Origin: Nitrospirota bacterium
GTDB lineage: Bacteria; Nitrospirota; UBA9217
Direction of reading: 5' to 3'
DNA length: 64,000 bases
Assembly: GCA_963840455.1 (NCBI GenBank)
Contig: CAWIYV010000011.1
Span: 224,001-288,000 of the forward strand
How positions within the stretch are numbered: the stretch's first letter is position 1; the number at the start of each line of letters is the position of its first letter. The position numbers and the translations under genes are program-made. Below are positions 61,386 to 64,000 of this stretch, piece by piece. Under the pieces are notes generated by a model. That model saw only the letters and a list, made by a program, of their open reading frames with translations. It searched no databases and was not told the DNA's origin.

Positions 61386-62420
61386 TCAGGGCCGGGCGAG
61401 CTTCAGGAAGAGATTTTCGGCCACCAGTTGGGCGCTGACACGCCGCTCCAGCAGGGTCCTGCAGCGGTTGAACAGCTCCATGTCCTGAAGGACCTTCTCA
61501 AGGACGAAGGGGCCCGGTGAACCCGCCCTGCTTTCCTCGGCCCCGGCAAAGACCAGCAGGCGCGCGTCCCCGGTCTCGTGGAACACCAGGAGGTCCCGGA
61601 GCCGCTCGATGCCGATGTCGAGAAGCCGGTCGAACCCGTCCCGGTCCCTGGCGATGCCGTCGGCGAGGGTGAGGATCTCGTCATCCCGCATGCCGGCGAG
61701 GCCCTCACGGAGGGCCAGGAACCGCTCCCGCTCCGCCTTCTCCTTCTGCACGTCCATCGCGAGCGCGCGGCCGAGGCTGCCCCGGGAGAGGGCCGCAATG
61801 AACCATGCGTCCTCCTCGGACAGGCCCCGGTTCTCCCGGATCACTTCAGCCAGGGTATGCCGCGGCAGCGGCTGGAACACAAGCGCCTGGCAGCGGGACC
61901 GGATCGTAGGCAGGAGGCTCTGGGGCAGGGAGGTGATCAGGATGATGAGGGAGTCGCCCGGCGGTTCCTCGAGGGTCTTCAGGAAGGCGTTCTGCGACGC
62001 TTCGTTCATCGTTTCAGCGCCGTCCACGATCAGGACCTTCTTGCGCCCCTCGGAAGGCTTCAGCGAAATGCTTTCCTGCGCCCGCCGGATCTGGTCGATC
62101 TTGATCTCGTCGCTGGCCTTCTCGATCTCCTTGCTGCTCCATGTCGAAAGCAGCTGTTCGTCACGGCTCTCGGGCATCACGACGCGGACATCAGGATGGA
62201 TGCCGCCCGCGATCCTGCGGCAGGCCGGGCAGGCGCCGCACCCGCCGGCGGGCCCGGGGGTCTCGCAGTTCAGCGCCGCGGCCAGCGCATACGCCGTCAG
62301 CCGCTTGCCGATGCCCGGTTCTCCCGAGAACAGGTAGGCGTGCGCCAGGGCACCGTTCGCAAGGGCCCGCTTGAGGATGTCGACCTGGCGGTCATGGCCG
62401 ATGATGGAGGAAAATTGCAT
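61386..62420 (-). CDS. holB: DNA polymerase III delta' subunit
   Basis: HAYLFSG..GIGK, CG.C..C, HPD, NAFLKTLEEP, TIRSRC. Confidence 0.96.
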   Translation of the reverse strand: MQFSSIIGHDRQVDILKRALANGALAHAYLFSGEPGIGKRLTAYALAAALNCETPGPAGGCGACPACRRIAGGIHPDVRVVMPESRDEQLLSTWSSKEIEKASDEIKIDQIRRAQESISLKPSEGRKKVLIVDGAETMNEASQNAFLKTLEEPPGDSLIILITSLPQSLLPTIRSRCQALVFQPLPRHTLAEVIRENRGLSEEDAWFIAALSRGSLGRALAMDVQKEKAERERFLALREGLAGMRDDEILTLADGIARDRDGFDRLLDIGIERLRDLLVFHETGDARLLVFAGAEESRAGSPGPFVLEKVLQDMELFNRCRTLLERRVSAQLVAENLFLKLARP

Positions 62421-62486
62421 ATCGGAAATGGTAAATAAGGCCGGGGTGTTTATTTTTTACCTTTACAATTTACACCTTGCCATTTG

Positions 62487-63140
62487 CTATTTGCTTTTTA
62501 CTTGACCCAACACCTCATCAACGATCGTCCTGATGTCCTCCTGGACCTCCTCGGGCGACCGGGCCGCGTTCACCGTGCGGATGCGCTCGGGTTCCTCCTT
62601 CGCCAGTTGGAGGTAGCCGTTGCGTACCATGCTGTGGAACGCAATGTCCTCGTTCTCGAACCGCGCCTCCCCGTGAAGTCCCTGGCTCGTGTTCCTGCCC
62701 CGCGCGCGGCCGAGCCCTGTTTCCGCCGGAAGGTCGAGCAGGACCGTAAGCCGCGGCCGGAGCCCTGCCGTCACGATACGGTCCAGTTCCCGGATGACCG
62801 GGACCGACAGCCCCCTCCCGTATCCCTGGTACGCGATCGTCGCGTCGGAGAAGCGGTCGCATAGAACGATCCTGCCCACCGCGAGCGCGGGGCGGATCAC
62901 CTCACGGAGATGCTGGGCACGGCTCGCCGCGTACAGGAGGAGCTCCGCCGTGGGGTCCAGCAGCCGGTTGAGCGGATCCAGGAGGATCCTGCGAACCTGG
63001 TCCCCGATGGGCGTACCCCCCGGCTCCCGGGTGAGCGTCACCGGCCGTCGTTGTTCTGTAAGATGTTGCAAGAGACGGGAGATCTGGGTCGATTTGCCGG
63101 AGCCCTCGATGCCCTCGAAGGTAATGAATACCCCCGGCAT
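62487..63140 (-). CDS. tmk: Thymidylate kinase
   Basis: FEGIEGSGKST, TREPGG, DRFSD.T.AYQG. Confidence 0.98.
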   Translation of the reverse strand: MPGVFITFEGIEGSGKSTQISRLLQHLTEQRRPVTLTREPGGTPIGDQVRRILLDPLNRLLDPTAELLLYAASRAQHLREVIRPALAVGRIVLCDRFSDATIAYQGYGRGLSVPVIRELDRIVTAGLRPRLTVLLDLPAETGLGRARGRNTSQGLHGEARFENEDIAFHSMVRNGYLQLAKEEPERIRTVNAARSPEEVQEDIRTIVDEVLGQVKSK

Positions 63141-63141
63141 G

Positions 63142-64000
63142 CTACTTGAGCTCCAGGACTACATCGTTCGCGGCCTTGAGGGCGGGATTTGACGTGAACA
63201 GGATCACCTGGGTCTTCGTACCCAGGACCCGGAGAAGATGACAGGCGGCCTGCTGCCGGGCGGGGTCCATGCCAATGAAGGGATCGTCAAGGATGAAGGG
63301 GATCCTCCGCTTGCCCGCGATGGCCTCGACCAGCCCCGCACGCAGGCAGAAGCAGACCATCTCCCGCGTGCCGTGGCTCAATGTGCCATAGGCGAGCTTC
63401 GCACCATGCTTGTCGTGAACGAGGGGCAAACCGTCAGGACCTACTTCGACCCTGACATACTTCCCTGCGCTCACCGTCAGCAGGTTCCGCTGCGCAGCGC
63501 TTTCCACGGCCGGAACCAGTGTTTCTATTTCAATGCCGCTCACGCGGCTCGCCACGGCGATCTCGGCGAGGACGTTCATGCCGGCCCCCGCAGGCTGCGT
63601 CGGCATGACCTCTCCACGCATATCCAGGCCCGAGAACTCCAGGTCCGGCGCGGCCTGAGCATGCTCCGCTTCAACCCGCTCGATCTCCTGCCGCACGCTG
63701 TAGGTGTCAACGGCATTGTGGGCGAGGGCCTTCGCCGCCTTATCAAGCACCGCGACCTCCTCCTGCTGCTTTGCCAGCTCCGCCTTCAAGTCGTCGACAT
63801 TCACGCCGCCCGTCATCAGCTGCTGCTGTTCCTTGAGGTCATGGTACATGGACTGGAAATAACGGTAGTTGTCGGCCTTCTCCTTGAGCTCCGAAGCGGA
63901 CTTTGTATCCGTGGCTTTCATGAACTTCATGATGGTCGCACCGCTGTCCTGGAACTTCTTCTCGATCTCGGCGCGCTCCTTCACGAGGCCGTCGATCTCC
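63142..64000 (-). CDS. C-terminal part of an SMC/YhaN-like coiled-coil ATPase (5' end beyond the window)
   Basis: Coiled coil, then LSHGTRE signature, ILDDPF Walker B and QVILFT. Confidence 0.8.
   Translation of the reverse strand, partial: EIDGLVKERAEIEKKFQDSGATIMKFMKATDTKSASELKEKADNYRYFQSMYHDLKEQQQLMTGGVNVDDLKAELAKQQEEVAVLDKAAKALAHNAVDTYSVRQEIERVEAEHAQAAPDLEFSGLDMRGEVMPTQPAGAGMNVLAEIAVASRVSGIEIETLVPAVESAAQRNLLTVSAGKYVRVEVGPDGLPLVHDKHGAKLAYGTLSHGTREMVCFCLRAGLVEAIAGKRRIPFILDDPFIGMDPARQQAACHLLRVLGTKTQVILFTSNPALKAANDVVLELK

Overview
GC-rich bacterial chromosomal window; gene content suggests an uncultured Nitrospirota or a related anaerobic lineage (inference). It holds housekeeping blocks (rho, rpmE, DUF1385, prfA, prmC, murA, hisD, hisG; tmk, holB, PSP1/RicT, metG, TatD-radical SAM) and much accessory signalling (REC-GGDEF, three stand-alone PilZ paralogs, two REC-PilZ proteins, a multi-PAS kinase/NarL pair, an RpoS-like sigma operon, a chrB-chrA operon). 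Highlights: (1) a GEMM-I cyclic-dinucleotide riboswitch with A at the specificity position (3',3'-cGAMP-type), wired as a transcriptional ON switch to an uncharacterised lipoprotein/PEGA-TPR/TolB-like/TPR/SBP envelope operon; (2) about ten copies of a ~115-bp two-hairpin element, one interrupted by a nested TIR/TSD MITE and others apparently supplying a Shine-Dalgarno or stop codon to host genes; (3) a lone low-GC integron cassette with a canonical 59-bp attC behind a sigma54 promoter, with no integrase in view; (4) inverted 7-9-bp tandem arrays at many operon junctions, one translated inside MetG; (5) a secreted protein with beta-defensin-like cysteine spacing; (6) three single-base frame breaks that share a CGAT context. 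All calls come from reading the sequence; no searches were run.
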